Of a stretch of 64,000 bases of DNA, positions 24,269 to 36,660 are shown piece after piece; position 1 is the stretch's first letter; every line of letters starts with the position of its first letter. Origin of the DNA: Glaucostegus cemiculus (lineage: Eukaryota). The notes beneath the pieces were generated by a model. That model saw nothing but the letters and a program-made list of their open reading frames with translations, was not told the DNA's origin and did no database searches. Both the position numbers and the translations under genes were made by a program. The stretch spans positions 5,766,001 to 5,830,000 of the forward strand of contig CDPCPM010000011.1 in NCBI GenBank assembly GCA_976551045.1. The letters are read 5' to 3'.

Positions 24269-24989
24269 CTGCAATATAGAATTATTTAAAAGTTCTAGAA
24301 AGAAAAAAAATAAAAATATCCCACTTAAGCTGGAAAGGAGCTCTTTCACAGCTCAAATATTCATTGTGATATTCCTCCCACAACTTTATTAATTTTCTTT
24401 CCATAGTATTTTTCCAAATGTATTGGAATTAAATTAAATTAAATGTGCAAACAATCTGATGCCACAAACAAAATTCTTGGAAGCACTAGTGTTTGAGTAC
24501 GATTGTTTTGATCCTTCTTTCAGTATTAGAGGTGACAACACAGGCAGATTGAATATTTTATTCTCTTTGCACCTAGCAGCTTCATCAAGCTTTCTGTCCA
24601 ATATGACAGGCACTGTAGTTGAGAGATCCTTTTGATACAATGACTCAAGATGCCCTATGATTTTCAGTGCCATGGTGGAGTAAGATGTATGTTAAGCTGC
24701 AGTGTTCTGGGGAAATCTGTGCACAGGTGACATACATCAGTTCTTCAGCCATTTGTGTAAAGTCCTCCATCATTTATGTCCTTCTTGAGTTACTGACACT
24801 GAAACCCCACTTTCAGAACAGAACTCATTAACAGAGCTCTACACCTCCCACACTAGCCCATTGTGAACTCTCCATGCATTCATGTTAGCTTCACTGAGGA
24901 TAATTTATTTCTCTTTTCTTCTTTCCCTTAACTTCAGGTCATCCACATGCCTGCTGCCTGTGTCCCACAAGGCAGCATTCACCCATCAC

Positions 24990-25215
24990 CTTAGGCTGAT
25001 ACTCGAGTAAGCAGTATCAACATTTTAAAATTTACAGCCCCTATGTGTTCAAATCCTCACTGATCTCACGCCACCCTATCTCTGCAAATTCCACCACCCT
25101 GACGGGTATCTACACTTCTCCATTTCTGGCCTCCTGAACATTCCAGAATTTAACCACTCCACCATTCGCAGTGGGTCTTCAGCTGCCAAGGCACAAACCT
25201 AAACAGTTCCCTTAT
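24990..25215 (+). mobile_element. L2-like LINE 3' fragment
   Basis: ttttaaaatt...tgttcaaatcctc...gccaccctatctctg...tctggcctcctg...cttcagctgccaagg is typical of L2 3' ends (FKI..FKSL.GL.PPYL). Confidence 0.6.
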
Positions 25216-25929
25216 CTGTTCTGGCTAATTATAGGACTCCAAATCTACCAATATGGTTGACTCTTAACTCAGGGGCAATGAGGGATAGAAAACAAAACCG
25301 ACTTTGCCTGTGACATCTTCTTGTTAATGGATCATTATCTTGGTAATAAATAGTCTGAAAATAACTTAAAAACTACTTCAGAGCTAACCTGAAGGTCACA
25401 TATTTGAAACTCTTGAACAAGACCATAATTTCTTCTGTCAGTTTCCAGACTGTAGACAGAGTAACATCACAAGAATAATAGCTCAGATAGCACTAAGATT
25501 TGTACTCAGCATAACTGCAAATTTAACTACTGAAAAAGACTCTTTCATTGGTTTAAAATAGTTACCATTACAATGGATCTGGCTTAGAAAAAAAAGTGCT
25601 CAAAATTTTAAGCAGTTTTATTTTTTTTTAATTATGCCCCAGTCTTCCAAAAGAATCTCAATGATGCCACCTTGTGATTCATAACATTGACTCTACGGCT
25701 AGAGGAGTAAGCTGGTCCAGGTTGTACAGCTTCTTACAAAACCCTCATGCCTTTGTACCACTAGACAAATAACACTGAATGTACATTTCCAGCGTCGTTC
25801 ATAAGCATGAGAGCCCGGGGAAACAATGCCTCTTAGATATTTGTTCACAGAAGTTGGATGCCTCTACTGGTATCAACATTTATTATCCATCCCTAATGCC
25901 CTTTGAACTAACAAAGACGGTAGATTCAT

Positions 25930-26390
25930 TGATTCAGAGTTATACAGCATGGAAAGAGGCTCTTCAGCCTAACTCTTCCATGTCGACCAAGATGCCTATT
26001 TACATTAATCCCATTTGCATGCATTTGGCCCATATTCCTCAAAACCCTTCCTATCCAAGAACTTGTCTGAATGTCTTTTAAACATTGTAATTGTACCCAC
26101 CTCTACCATCTCCTCTGGGAACTTGTTCAATACACCCACCACCCTCTGTGTGGAAAACCTGTCCCTCAGATCCTTTTTAAATCTTTCCATGCTCACCTTA
26201 AACCTATGCCCTCCAGTTTTAGACTCCCCTACCCTGTTAAGAACACTGTGCCTATCTGCTGTATCTACGCCCCTCATAATTTTATAAGTTTCTATAAGGT
26301 CATTATTCAGCCTCTTTCACTCCATGAAAAATAGTCCCACCATCCAGTCTCTCGCTATAAGTCAAACTCTCCAGTCCAGGTACTGTATAT
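25930..26390 (-). mobile_element. CR1 LINE 3' fragment
   Basis: Encodes MRGVDTADRHSVLNRVGESKTGGHRFKVSMERFKKDLRDRFSTQRVVG. Confidence 0.9.
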
Positions 26391-27988
26391 GCACAAGATG
26401 TGTTGAACCTCAATGCCTTTGATATAGGCTTGCATTTGGGGCTTACAGTTGGCAAAATGTTTGTCACTGAAATCCCAGGGATGTCCAAGTGAATGATTGC
26501 TTCCTTTTTCTCTGTGTTTTTTTTTCTCCATCTCCCCTTTCCTGCATCTTTATTTTCACTGATCACTTTGCTTTCAGATTGGCAAACTATTTCTCTCTCG
26601 GGATGCTCAGAGAAAGTGAAGCGACTCCTCAGTCAAGATGGCCCCCCTTTAAAGCAGTGGTTAATCATGAACATCCTGGACAAGAGAAAGATCCTAGACA
26701 GAGAGAAGAGACTCCCTTACCCTGGTAAGAAAACTGATTATCTACTCTATGCCCTCCAAGTGCAATTCAAGCAACGCTTTGTACAACTGTAACATGACAT
26801 TCCAACTCTTGTACTCAATGGTCTGGAATAGGTTGCTGGAAAACAGATTCAGTTTTCAAAGATGAATTGGACAAACACCTGAAGAGAAGAAATTGCAGGA
26901 CTACGGGAGAAGGGAAAAATGAATAAGACTAATTGGATTGCTCCACAAAGAGTCCACTTGGCTCAGTAGCCTATCTAACAGTTCTATGTAATAGGAACCC
27001 TCACTTGAAACAATGGAGGTTTTATAGTTATAATAGGGGGTGCTTATTCCTCCTCTAACTGCTGAGAAAGAGAGTTCCATTGTGATCTCTTGATTTCTCT
27101 CACCCTCCAGCACGTGGCAAACACATATCAGGAATTACCAGGCAAGGTCGGCACAAAGTTCAGAATGGAGAATGGAAAATTGCTGAATCCCCCCAAGGCT
27201 GCTGACAACCTGGGAGCTCTGCAAGGCCTCCAGTCATAAAGTTGACACCTGAATAAAGAAAAATGTTTCAAAGCCAGATTCAATCTATTAAGAGATTTAG
27301 AAATATTTAATATATACAATACTGAGAAAAACATTACACAACTTAATTCATTTTTTTCTGCAGATTCATTAATTTTAGATTGTGTTTGTTAAGGAAAGGA
27401 GTAAGCAATATTCTTGTCCAAATATTGACATGGACGCACTAAGTTTATGTGTTTATTATGTTGTAAGTGCTGCTTTTGTCCTGATTACTCCAAAGTTAAT
27501 ATAAAGGATAAATGAATAAAGGATTAACAAGATTTAGGAATGCAGACACAGTTTATGGAATGTAATTGGTGTGGACCGTGGGAGATTGAACACAGCAAAG
27601 TTACACTGCTAAAATCCAAACAGTTAAATGAAATGAACCCCTACACACAAACTCCAGTCCTCCCACCAGGTTGCACCAGATCAAGTGCGATAACCTCTGC
27701 ATGGAATGAAGACACTTGAGTGCAATAAACCCGCAGCGCAGTACCTAGGAAGATGGGCTTTACTTGGACTTAAGGAATTGATTTAATGATTTCCATACAC
27801 AAAGTGCAACAACTTCGTTCATCAGAGATTGTGTATTACATGGTATAATCCTAGTGTGTTTGAAATGGTAATAAAAGTTTAAAGATCCATCCCAATTTAT
27901 CATGCTTTCAGCCCCGTGTTTACTGACATCTTGGCTGGACTTTTAAGCAAATTACAGTCAGGACATTGCCAGTCAGTGATGGAGTTAC

Positions 27989-28233
27989 TTAATATTCTTG
28001 CTACTAGCTGTAGACAGATTTGCACCAAATATTGGTCCAATAGGTTTTTCTCTCTTCATTCTGCAGTGTTATGCATCTTGGGACATTTTAACAAAATGCT
28101 TGGAAAAATTCAACCCCATTGCTAGACAAAGTCAGAATGGAATATGTTCACTTTTCAAGTTGTATATTTATGGAAGTTTCATTTCTCTTTCAATTTTTCT
28201 TTCAATTCTCATTGCAATTTAGTTTGTAACCAG
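27989..28233 (-). pseudogene. Pseudo-exon
   Basis: Acceptor atattttag| and donor taa|gtaact. Fragments GVEFFQAFC and KNLLDQYLVQI. Confidence 0.3.
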
Positions 28234-28800
28234 CTAAAATATTTGTATGACTGTGCTGTTGCTGCGAGAGGAAACAGTGACCCTTCTGTCAACACTGGAA
28301 CATAAATAAGGTGCCACTGGCAGCACAGATTATCAGCTCAAGACCTGGCTTCCCTGCTGTCACCATGGGGCAAATATCGCAATTCTCAGCTACATCCTAC
28401 AATGTAGACGTAGAAATTCTCAAGCAGCGCGAGTGAAAATACTTGCTGAGCTGCTCCAGACAGAAAGTTCAGCAATATATCTGTGGAATTAGCCCTGAAT
28501 TTTAAACCTCTGACTTAATGCTGAAATTTAGTCAAAAATATTTTTATCCTGCCCCAAGTAAATTCTGCCCAGCTTATATAATTTTGTTTTGGAAAAGAAG
28601 TTTCACACCTTTCTCCCATTTTATTTGCTGTTCTATTTTATGTCTTAGTCATCAACATTTATGTACAATTACTTGCCCACAAAACTCTAAAACATGAGAA
28701 AGTAAGGAAGACAGTTATGTAATGGGATTGCAATTATCAAGCTGAGGGAAAACTATTTCCCATATGTGATGTGAAGGTTGTAAACATTGCTTTTAGATAC

Positions 28801-29094
28801 ATTGTTGGAAAGGCTTCAATGCAAAAAACATTACAAATTGTCTTCGAGTTTATGGACTCTTTTTCACATTGTTCAAGGTCTTGCTTGATATGATATGCAT
28901 TGTACTCATTGAGCTTGGCTTCTTCAGAAAAGATGGTTCAGACAATGCCAAAGAATAGGAACAAATGCAGGAATCTCCAGTTGTCAAAATTTAGTCCATA
29001 TGGTATTATTAAAAGAGCAAATATTTACACGCCCTCTGGAAATATCACTGCATAGTGTTGGAAAGTACTGGAATAGTGTGGAGTGTGAGCGAAA
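28801..29094 (-). pseudogene. Pseudo-exon, SPOC-like C-terminal strands
   Basis: Acceptor tttttcaaattttcag|. Reads QHYAVIFPEGV*IFALLIIPYGLNFDNWRFLHLFLFF, compared with recalled TASOR 'GYLFLL...VLHALFLF'. Confidence 0.45.
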
Positions 29095-29181
29095 CTGAAA
29101 ATTTGAAAAATTGCAAATAGTATTGGAGACTAAGTGAACATGCTATTATCCATTTCTGGATTTCTTCACCCTAGTTTTCAC

Positions 29182-29347
29182 CCTCTTCTAAAATCAGTCG
29201 TTCATGCCATATCATAGTTCTACACGTCAGCAGTTGTTGGCCATTTTCTGCGTAATAGTTTTTGAAGGAAATTTTGGGATAGTAATGGACCATGAATTTG
29301 TTTGAACCTGTCCACTTCTGACAAACACATCTTTTTTGTACTTTCTG
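29182..29347 (-). pseudogene. Pseudo-exon, SPOC-like N-terminal part
   Basis: Acceptor ttttactttcactgcag|. Reads KMCLSEVDRFKQIHGPLLSQNF, compared with recalled 'VMSIDHLKQKIPPALF'. Confidence 0.35.
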
Positions 29348-30355
29348 CTGCAGTGAAAGTAAAACCCTGTCTAACTGCTATGTCTTCTAGTCTTGAGGCA
29401 CTGAATCCAGTTAGAACACCCTACTGCCATCCTGAGTGAGATTGGCAAGTTCATTGCATATTAGGAATCACACCTGGGTCCTGTCTGACTGGAATGTCCC
29501 AGTGAGAACAACAGAGAACTTAAATCCACCTCAAATGCACAGCTAGAGATAATTATAAGTTTGCTACTATTGACAATACTTTCAAATCATATTTGCCAAG
29601 CAATATCTAGTTTGCAGCTCTCCATCTTAAAAGGAATACATTTAAATATCACTTGAATTAACAGCCACAAATAGACTGCCTGATATTTCGGGTTTAAAAG
29701 TAGACTGACAGCCCAGAAAACTAAGGATGAACAAGGGCTTGCCCTGGTGTCAGAATTCACTAATTAACACATTCAAACTTCTAGTAAAACCTCTCCACTT
29801 TGTCTTTTCGCCTCTGGTCTGCCATGCTGCATCTTTGCCAAGTAGTTACTAGCCGCAGTGAGTAAATATCTCATTGTGACAGTCGCTAACATGCTGAACA
29901 GTAATGGAGTCAGAACAGAAACAGCCACTTTTAATCAAACCTGTCATCATTTGTTTTTCTCAACACATCGAAAATGCCATCCTCTCCCACACCAGCACAT
30001 TACTTATACAATGCAGCCGCAACTGAGAGGAAGCTCCTTCTGATAATCTGGAACCTCCACAGCTTGCTAGCAAGGGGAAGACACAGATTGGTGGTCTGGA
30101 AAACACAGTGACCAAGCACTGCAATTGCATATGTCTGAATGAATATTACATAAATGACTGGCACTGTGACGCTGTCTCACTGAAGGCTGGGAGTGCTGAA
30201 GAGCCTTTTGTTTGCCAAAATGTGAAATTAAAGACAACGCCACATGTACAACCCACCCTCATCATAAGGAGCTTTGTTGTTGGGACCTAGGAGTCACTTC
30301 TCTATTTTGGCCGTTGAGGGACATTCAGTAATGCATGCTGTTCATTAATGCTCAC

Positions 30356-30453
30356 AAATATCTGCCTCCAGGGAATCCTATGATATTGAACCTGAAGTGA
30401 ACTCACTGATCCTAATGGCAGTTCACTTCTCATATTTCTGACTGCACTTCAAG
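30356..30453 (-). pseudogene. Possible pseudo-exon
   Basis: Acceptor atttattgcag| and donor ttt|gtgagc. Confidence 0.25.
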
Positions 30454-31189
30454 CTGCAATAAATACTTTTGAATAAAGAATTCTGTTTAAAGTTGTAAAG
30501 TACACCTCTATCATTTTATTTGGCTCAGTACCCAAAGGAAGTTCTCAAGCTCCAAAGGAAAGGGAGATTGCAATGAAACCACTAACTGTTCAATGTGTTG
30601 GAGTACTCTAAGCAACTGGTAACAAATTCTCAGTCAGATTCTAACATTGTGGGAGTTTCTTTTTCACAAATTTTTGGTCTTTAATTTTTGGTACTTTTTT
30701 TCCAGTCTTTTATTGAAACCCCTAGATAGAGCAAAATAAATAATGGTAATTGGCAGCAACATACATGTTAATGCAGTGCTGTGATAGATGCCAACAGCAT
30801 AAAAGATTAAGCAGAGAAGGTGATTAATTATTCAATTAAATAATAATTTACTCCTCTCTAATGAGTTCATACAATAGCATGACTTTTAGTACCAAAGCTG
30901 TGGTCAGTGTTCAAAAACAAAAAGATACATTAGTTCTCTAATCAAAATGTTGAATGAAGGAATGACAACTTAAGCACACTAACCTGTAAGATCATTACGT
31001 GACACACCACAAGAAACTAGAGGGTTCTACCTATTTTCCAGTCAGCATGCAATACAGCTGCGTAAGCTGCTCTAAAATTGGTCGCTGCACAAGCCATAAT
31101 CCAGCAACTTTTCTCAATTTAAGAGATAGTGTGTGACTGGAGCCGGAGAGGTTGGTCTTTGTGGTTTACATTCAGTATATTGTTCTCAC

Positions 31190-31379
31190 ACAGACCCAAC
31201 TTCCACTTCAGTGACAAACTGCTGCAATCGGAAAGGCTTTCAATTTCCCAGCATAGTGGTGCCTGGTACAGTGAGGGATAACAATACTGGGAAAATTATA
31301 AGAATAAGTATATAGCTGGTTAAATCCTGTCCATTCTAGTGCTCTTCCCCTTGTGGCATGGGTAATTTCTTCCTTATAC
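31190..31379 (-). pseudogene. Pseudo-exon, pseudo-PARP (DUF3715)-like end
   Basis: Pyrimidine tract ctctttcctctattctacgtaag|. Reads GFNQLYTYSYNF...TRH...FPIAAV, compared with recalled 'TQYYFYEY...RPRHVCPYAVV'. Confidence 0.35.
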
Positions 31380-31676
31380 CTTACGTAGAATAGAGGAAAG
31401 AGATTATAATCAAGAAATACCATTTCCTTTACAATTTCCTTCTGCTGTTCACAGTTCTTGTTTCTACTTGTTTGTTATTTGTTCCTATCTGTTCTTATCA
31501 TCTCACTGCCTCAGTCCTTCTCTTGTCCCCAAGTGCCCTCAGCTCAAATTCTGCTTTCAGTAACATAGATCCTATCTAGAGGCTTTCCACAGGTCACTCT
31601 GTTATCACGGTTAACAGGGATTACATTCTTGCTCAGAGCTCTGCTGTGATAATGCTCATTTGTACTATTAGGTTAC

Positions 31677-31827
31677 CATTCGGAGACTCTGTGAAATTGC
31701 AGCTCGCAGCAGAATCACAATTTCACACTCCAATGTCATGAAGAAACCAGCAGATAATCGATGCTAAATGAATTATGACATGCATTTGGATTACTTCAGG
31801 AAACTGTAAACATTATGGTATAATGTT
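31677..31827 (-). pseudogene. Possible pseudo-exon
   Basis: Acceptor ctatttcag| and donor atg|gtaacc. One frame ends ECEIVILLRAAISQSLRM. Confidence 0.25.
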
Positions 31828-33239
31828 CTGAAATAGTAGCTGATATTATCATATTATATCATGAGACTAAACAACCCATCAGAAGTTTCTTGCCATTCAT
31901 AAAAGAAGCCAAACAAAACTGAGAGTGCCTGTATCCAGACAGCTTTTGTATTCTCCAGTTAAAGAATGTAACAGCAAGTATTTGATTTTCTGCTTTTTGT
32001 TTGACATTGACCCTCAGTTCTATCCCATTTCTCTCTCCCTTCTCTCTAACTCATTTATTGACTGTGTCATGTCCTAAGAGAATCATGCACGTCTTAACTA
32101 GAACTCCAAGAGATTACCGAACAGAGCGGTACAATGCTGATGAATGGTCCGGTCAAGCTGCAGAACCAGGACCCTGCTGGATACCCCACTGAGCAAGAAA
32201 ATGAGGCAGGCATCCAGAAGTGGGACACACACCTGCAACCTGGTATCATCAGACCACAATCTGTTTGAGGAATCACAGACCCGAAGATCTAGGCATCAGT
32301 AATTTTATGATGTGGAGTGAGCACAATTGTGAAGCCCAGCCCGAGTTCCTGAATATTTGGACGGGTGGAAGATGTTCTAGCTCTCAGTGTAAATTATCCT
32401 TGCCCATGCTCACTATACCAAAAATCTAAACCATGCTGCATAGGTTCATTCTACATCAGGCATTGATCTTCAGTCTTTTTTCTAATACGCTAGTTATTTG
32501 GATCAAAATTTAAGGTTTGTACTTGACCCGAAAGCAGAATTGTTTTATGAATTGGAGCCGAATACTGGGCAGGACATGCACTGCCCATGACTGAAAAATC
32601 TAAATCACCTATAGCCAGTTTGGGACATGGACTGTGCCATACAGCTACCCGGTCAGTTTTTTTGAGCACTATCACTTTGCAATACTGCAAAGAAAGTAAT
32701 GATGACATCCACAGTTTTATTCCAAATGAAAAATAGAACAACGCCATCAAAGAGAACCAAACAGACAAGAATTGTGTCACAGTATTTTTCCTGATTTTGA
32801 TTTTCTTCATTTGACCAGCTATAGTTCCTGGATTGTTACCTGAAATATCAGTCAGGTTATTTCTCTTTCTGATCTCGGCAAAATAAAGGACTAAAAAGGA
32901 ACCAGCACACAGCATTGTATTTTGTGAAGGAAGAACCTTTATATTACTATCTGAGAAACACCGAGATCCTGAATATTTTGTAGTCGGTTATGTCAGTGTT
33001 CTATTAGCTGCTTGGTAGAACCACCACTTTTGTATGGAACTCTAAGGAAGCATCTTTTTCTATAAAATGGCTACATGGAAGTGCTTGATTACTATTTTTT
33101 ATCTAGGAAGTTAAATGAAAGATTTTTTTTACAATATCATTCTTAAAGACCTGACAAATCTCACACTAAAAATAAAATGTCATGACAATATGCCAGTGAG
33201 TACACTAACAAAAGCACCTTGAGCATATTTAGAAGTTAC

Positions 33240-33329
33240 CAAATCATTTTTTTAGGCTATCCTCTCATTAATTACATATTGAAATCATTGCCACATTCCT
33301 CTCTAGGCTTTGACTTTAATGTCCTGGTA
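33240..33329 (-). pseudogene. Possible pseudo-exon
   Basis: Acceptor tcctgctctgtacag| and donor ttg|gtaact. Reads FQYVINERIA* with stops. Confidence 0.25.
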
Positions 33330-35897
33330 CTGTACAGAGCAGGATAATAATTCTTAGGTTCTTTTTTTATTCCTAAAACATTCAGTTCAAAAGCCCACTA
33401 TACAGGTTAGTAAAGTAAAATAATAACAGCAATAAAATTTAAAAAAATGAAAAGCAATGTGCACCAAGCATGAATGTTGAGAACCGAAGGGAAAATCTGT
33501 TAGATTTCAGAATAAATCTATTTCTGAATGCCTGTAAAGTTGGAGTTTCATTATTAAAGAATAAAATCCATGGGCAATTTCTACTCCCTGGAGTCAAACA
33601 CTATTGCATTTGCAAAAATCACATTCAAATTGTATCCATGCACAAAAAATCAATTTTGTTGTTAAACAATGATGGGCAAAATTATAATACAAAAAATCTC
33701 TTCTGCTGCATGCACACACATTCCAGTCACTTTGAAAGCTACAAGTAAAAAATGGATTTCCCATATTTTTTAATGTTCAAATGAATTTGATTTTAAATTA
33801 GCATCCTCTGCATCCTAATACCTACTTTTAAATTGTAATTAAGATGCTAAAAGCTTTGTTTAAACTAATGTCTACAGGTGAGAATGATGGGAACTTTGGG
33901 TGCTAGCTAGATTTAAATTCTGATCACCGTTGGGAAATATTGTTTGTGGCAAAAAGAGGCCACTGCGCCCGCCTCTGTTCACGCAGTGAGAGCAGGCACT
34001 GTATTCACTGCGTACCCAGGGAAAGAGGAAAGGCAATGCAGGATTTCCACAGGTGAATTTGTAATGTATGACATGAATAACTCATCATCAGCATACATAC
34101 ATGCACACACATTTGGGCGCGTGCACAGATTCATGTCCCCGCGCACCATCACACACTGCGAGCACCTCCAATTACAACAATAGAAATACCTATCAAAATG
34201 TTTCATTTATACTATGGAACTCACATCATGGTGTCATCCTTTTACATTCCCAGCCGACTACTCTGTGTAAGCAAGATATTCTGGAAGACAAAAACTTTTC
34301 ATGACAGTCTCCTTGATACCCTTATCACACACTGCATTAATAATTTTAAAAAAAGCTTGTTCTGCATTTAACCCTAAAACCTGAAGTAGCAACCTGAAAG
34401 TGAAATACTTCAGGAGATACACATCTCAATGGGTTTGTTGTATCTATCAGAGAAGACTTGTATTGTCATATCAGGGTTACAGACATAGATCGATTTTCAG
34501 GTATTCACAGACTTCATTGAGATACTTACTCCCAAACTAGTTTCTAGTTTTGAAATAGATTTTTGACAGATTGTGCACTGGAAAAACACTAATGATATGG
34601 AGGTAATACAAACAGATGTACTGTGAAATCATTATTACTCCAATTTCACATCAAACTTTGAAACTATTCAGGAACTACAATTACTTTACACAAATATTTC
34701 TTTAGTCATATTTCAGCAACATTTTTACAATTATTAGAAACTTTATAATCAAACATTTTGTTTATTTTACTGTGAATTATTTACACCACAAATTCTTAGT
34801 CAGTATCTCTGTAAGATGTCTCTCAAGTTTGTGTGAATGAAAACATTTTCGGCATGATTACTGAACCAGTATAACACATTTTACCAATCGTTCCTAAGAG
34901 GGTTTTAATTCTTTTTTGTAAGCAAATTGTATCTGAACAGCAGAGGGTCACAGTTCTGTTGTTAAAGACTGTTACCAATATCAAGCATTTTAATTCCTAT
35001 CCTATTGCAGTTTTATAAAAAGCCTTGTTGCCTACAAAAAACCCTGTGAGTAGGACAGCAGTGAATAAAATATTGTCAATAAAAGACCAGCATGTTTTGG
35101 GACATGTTAAACTTTTAGCAGGAAATGAAAGAAAATGGGGAAAGAATTAACCTGTTTCAGTGGGCTGGACCTGCCCTATTGCCCTTTAATTACACAAGAA
35201 ATTGTGTCGTGAACAGAGAAGCCACCAGCTCCACTGAATCTCTGCTTAAATGTCTGCAGAAAGCAACCAAGAGCTAATACATTTGATTATACTCACAGAC
35301 AAGCCAACTACATTACACTAACAGCTGAAAGACAGCAACTCAACACTTTAACAGAGTCCAAAATTGCAAACCAAATTTACATTTCCACAAAAGGTCTGGT
35401 ATGCAATATTTTCCAAATCTCAATAAAGAATATTTTTCAAATCAACAATTTAAAAAATGTAGCATTTGTAAGACTGCTCCGCTCAATAGTCCTTGTTTTT
35501 TTTCCAAAGCAACAGATCACTGATCAATCGTGTTCAGGCTAATGGTTATATTCTAACCGTGCAGCAGCTCATTGACAACTTCTAACTGCATTCGGTTTTA
35601 CTGCACTGCATGCTCTTTTCTCGCAGAAATACAAAGTTTCCTTCAGTGCACACAATATAATATTAACAAGCGTAAACCACATTATGACATCCAGGAGATT
35701 TAGTTTTCAAACCTGCATATAAATTTTAATGCCAATGAATGGGTTGAAAGCAGGCAACTACCAACATTTAACCCTTTTTCTGTGAACTAATAGTCTGTGT
35801 CATTCAACATCTGCAATAAATTGCCAGAGCTAACAGTGGCGTTTGAACAAAGCTGAGAGCTACTTAATGTGGAATAACAGTTCCAAGGTGTACCTAC

Positions 35898-36225
35898 CCA
35901 GAAATACATCATCATTTCGAAACCCAGGATAGTCAGAGTGTCTTCAATGGGAGGGAAACAGCAGGTACACTGCAGCGGCCACCAGAATCTCTTTCACTCT
36001 CTCGTGTTCCCTGGCTCTGACTGAAGGTAGGGTGTTTCTCTTCTTTTTTTCTTCTCTCTCACTCCCTCTCTTTGTCTTTCTTCTCTCAGCAGTATTACAC
36101 TAGCTGTGATCTGCAGCAACCGTCTCCTTTTTTTTCCTCACAGCTGAGCTTGTGTGGTCAGAGTCGATCGTATGGCTCTCGTTTTTTTTTGCTGTCCCTT
36201 ATTGGTAGAACTAAATCATTCAGTT
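35898..36225 (-). other. Candidate first exon (GA-rich 5' UTR, short coding start MMMYFW)
   Basis: ATGATGATGTATTTCTGG|GTAGGT donor at 35897. CpG-retaining, TE-free sequence downstream of a TATA-like box. Confidence 0.45.
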
Positions 36226-36660
36226 GAAACTGAAATCATATGACAGTTTATAGCAGTTTAAGCCATTCCGGGGTTGTGTAGCTGTTTTTCCAAACTAACA
36301 AGAAAGCAAAAAAAAAGTGAGAGGGGGAATAATTGGGTGGGAAAGGGGTTGGGGGGAAATTATTATTGCAGTAAAATAAAATGCACACAAATGGAACAGA
36401 TGAAAATAAAGAGCACTGGTTAAACTGAGTGGTCCTGTAATCTTTTTACTGCAGTCTCTTTCAAATGATGGGGCTGTGAGTGTCGGTCTTTCCAAACAGC
36501 CCAATCAGAATGCAGGCACTGTGCTGAAGGCTTTGAGATGAGAGGCTGCACACATGGTCAGCTGGGGTGGAGGCAGCTTTGACCAGCTGGCTTGCTTGCT
36601 CCCAGGAACACTTAACCTGTGTCAGCACTTTTCACGTCATTCCAGCATAGAAATGGACCA
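36226..36660 (-). promoter_or_regulatory. Candidate core/proximal promoter
   Basis: CTATAAA on the minus strand (36247-36253), CCAATCA at 36501, CRE-like TGACGTGA near 36635, E-boxes and G-rich tracts. Confidence 0.4.

Larger units (their letters stand above)
1250..33329 (-). pseudogene. Decayed multi-exon gene, tentatively TASOR/FAM208-family-like (pseudo-PARP, SPOC, disordered region, PIN-like)
   Basis: About 20 co-oriented minus-strand segments with pyrimidine-rich AG acceptors and GT donors. Translations are protein-like but broken by stops and frameshifts, and TEs sit inside the largest exon. Family assignment is by-eye resemblance to recalled TASOR motifs in collinear order. Confidence 0.55.

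Noticed and set aside
35898-35915. RORA isoform 4 first exon (MMYFV...)
   Set aside because: Only the first codons resemble it. The sequence reads MMMYFW and then a splice donor, and no nuclear receptor exons are seen.
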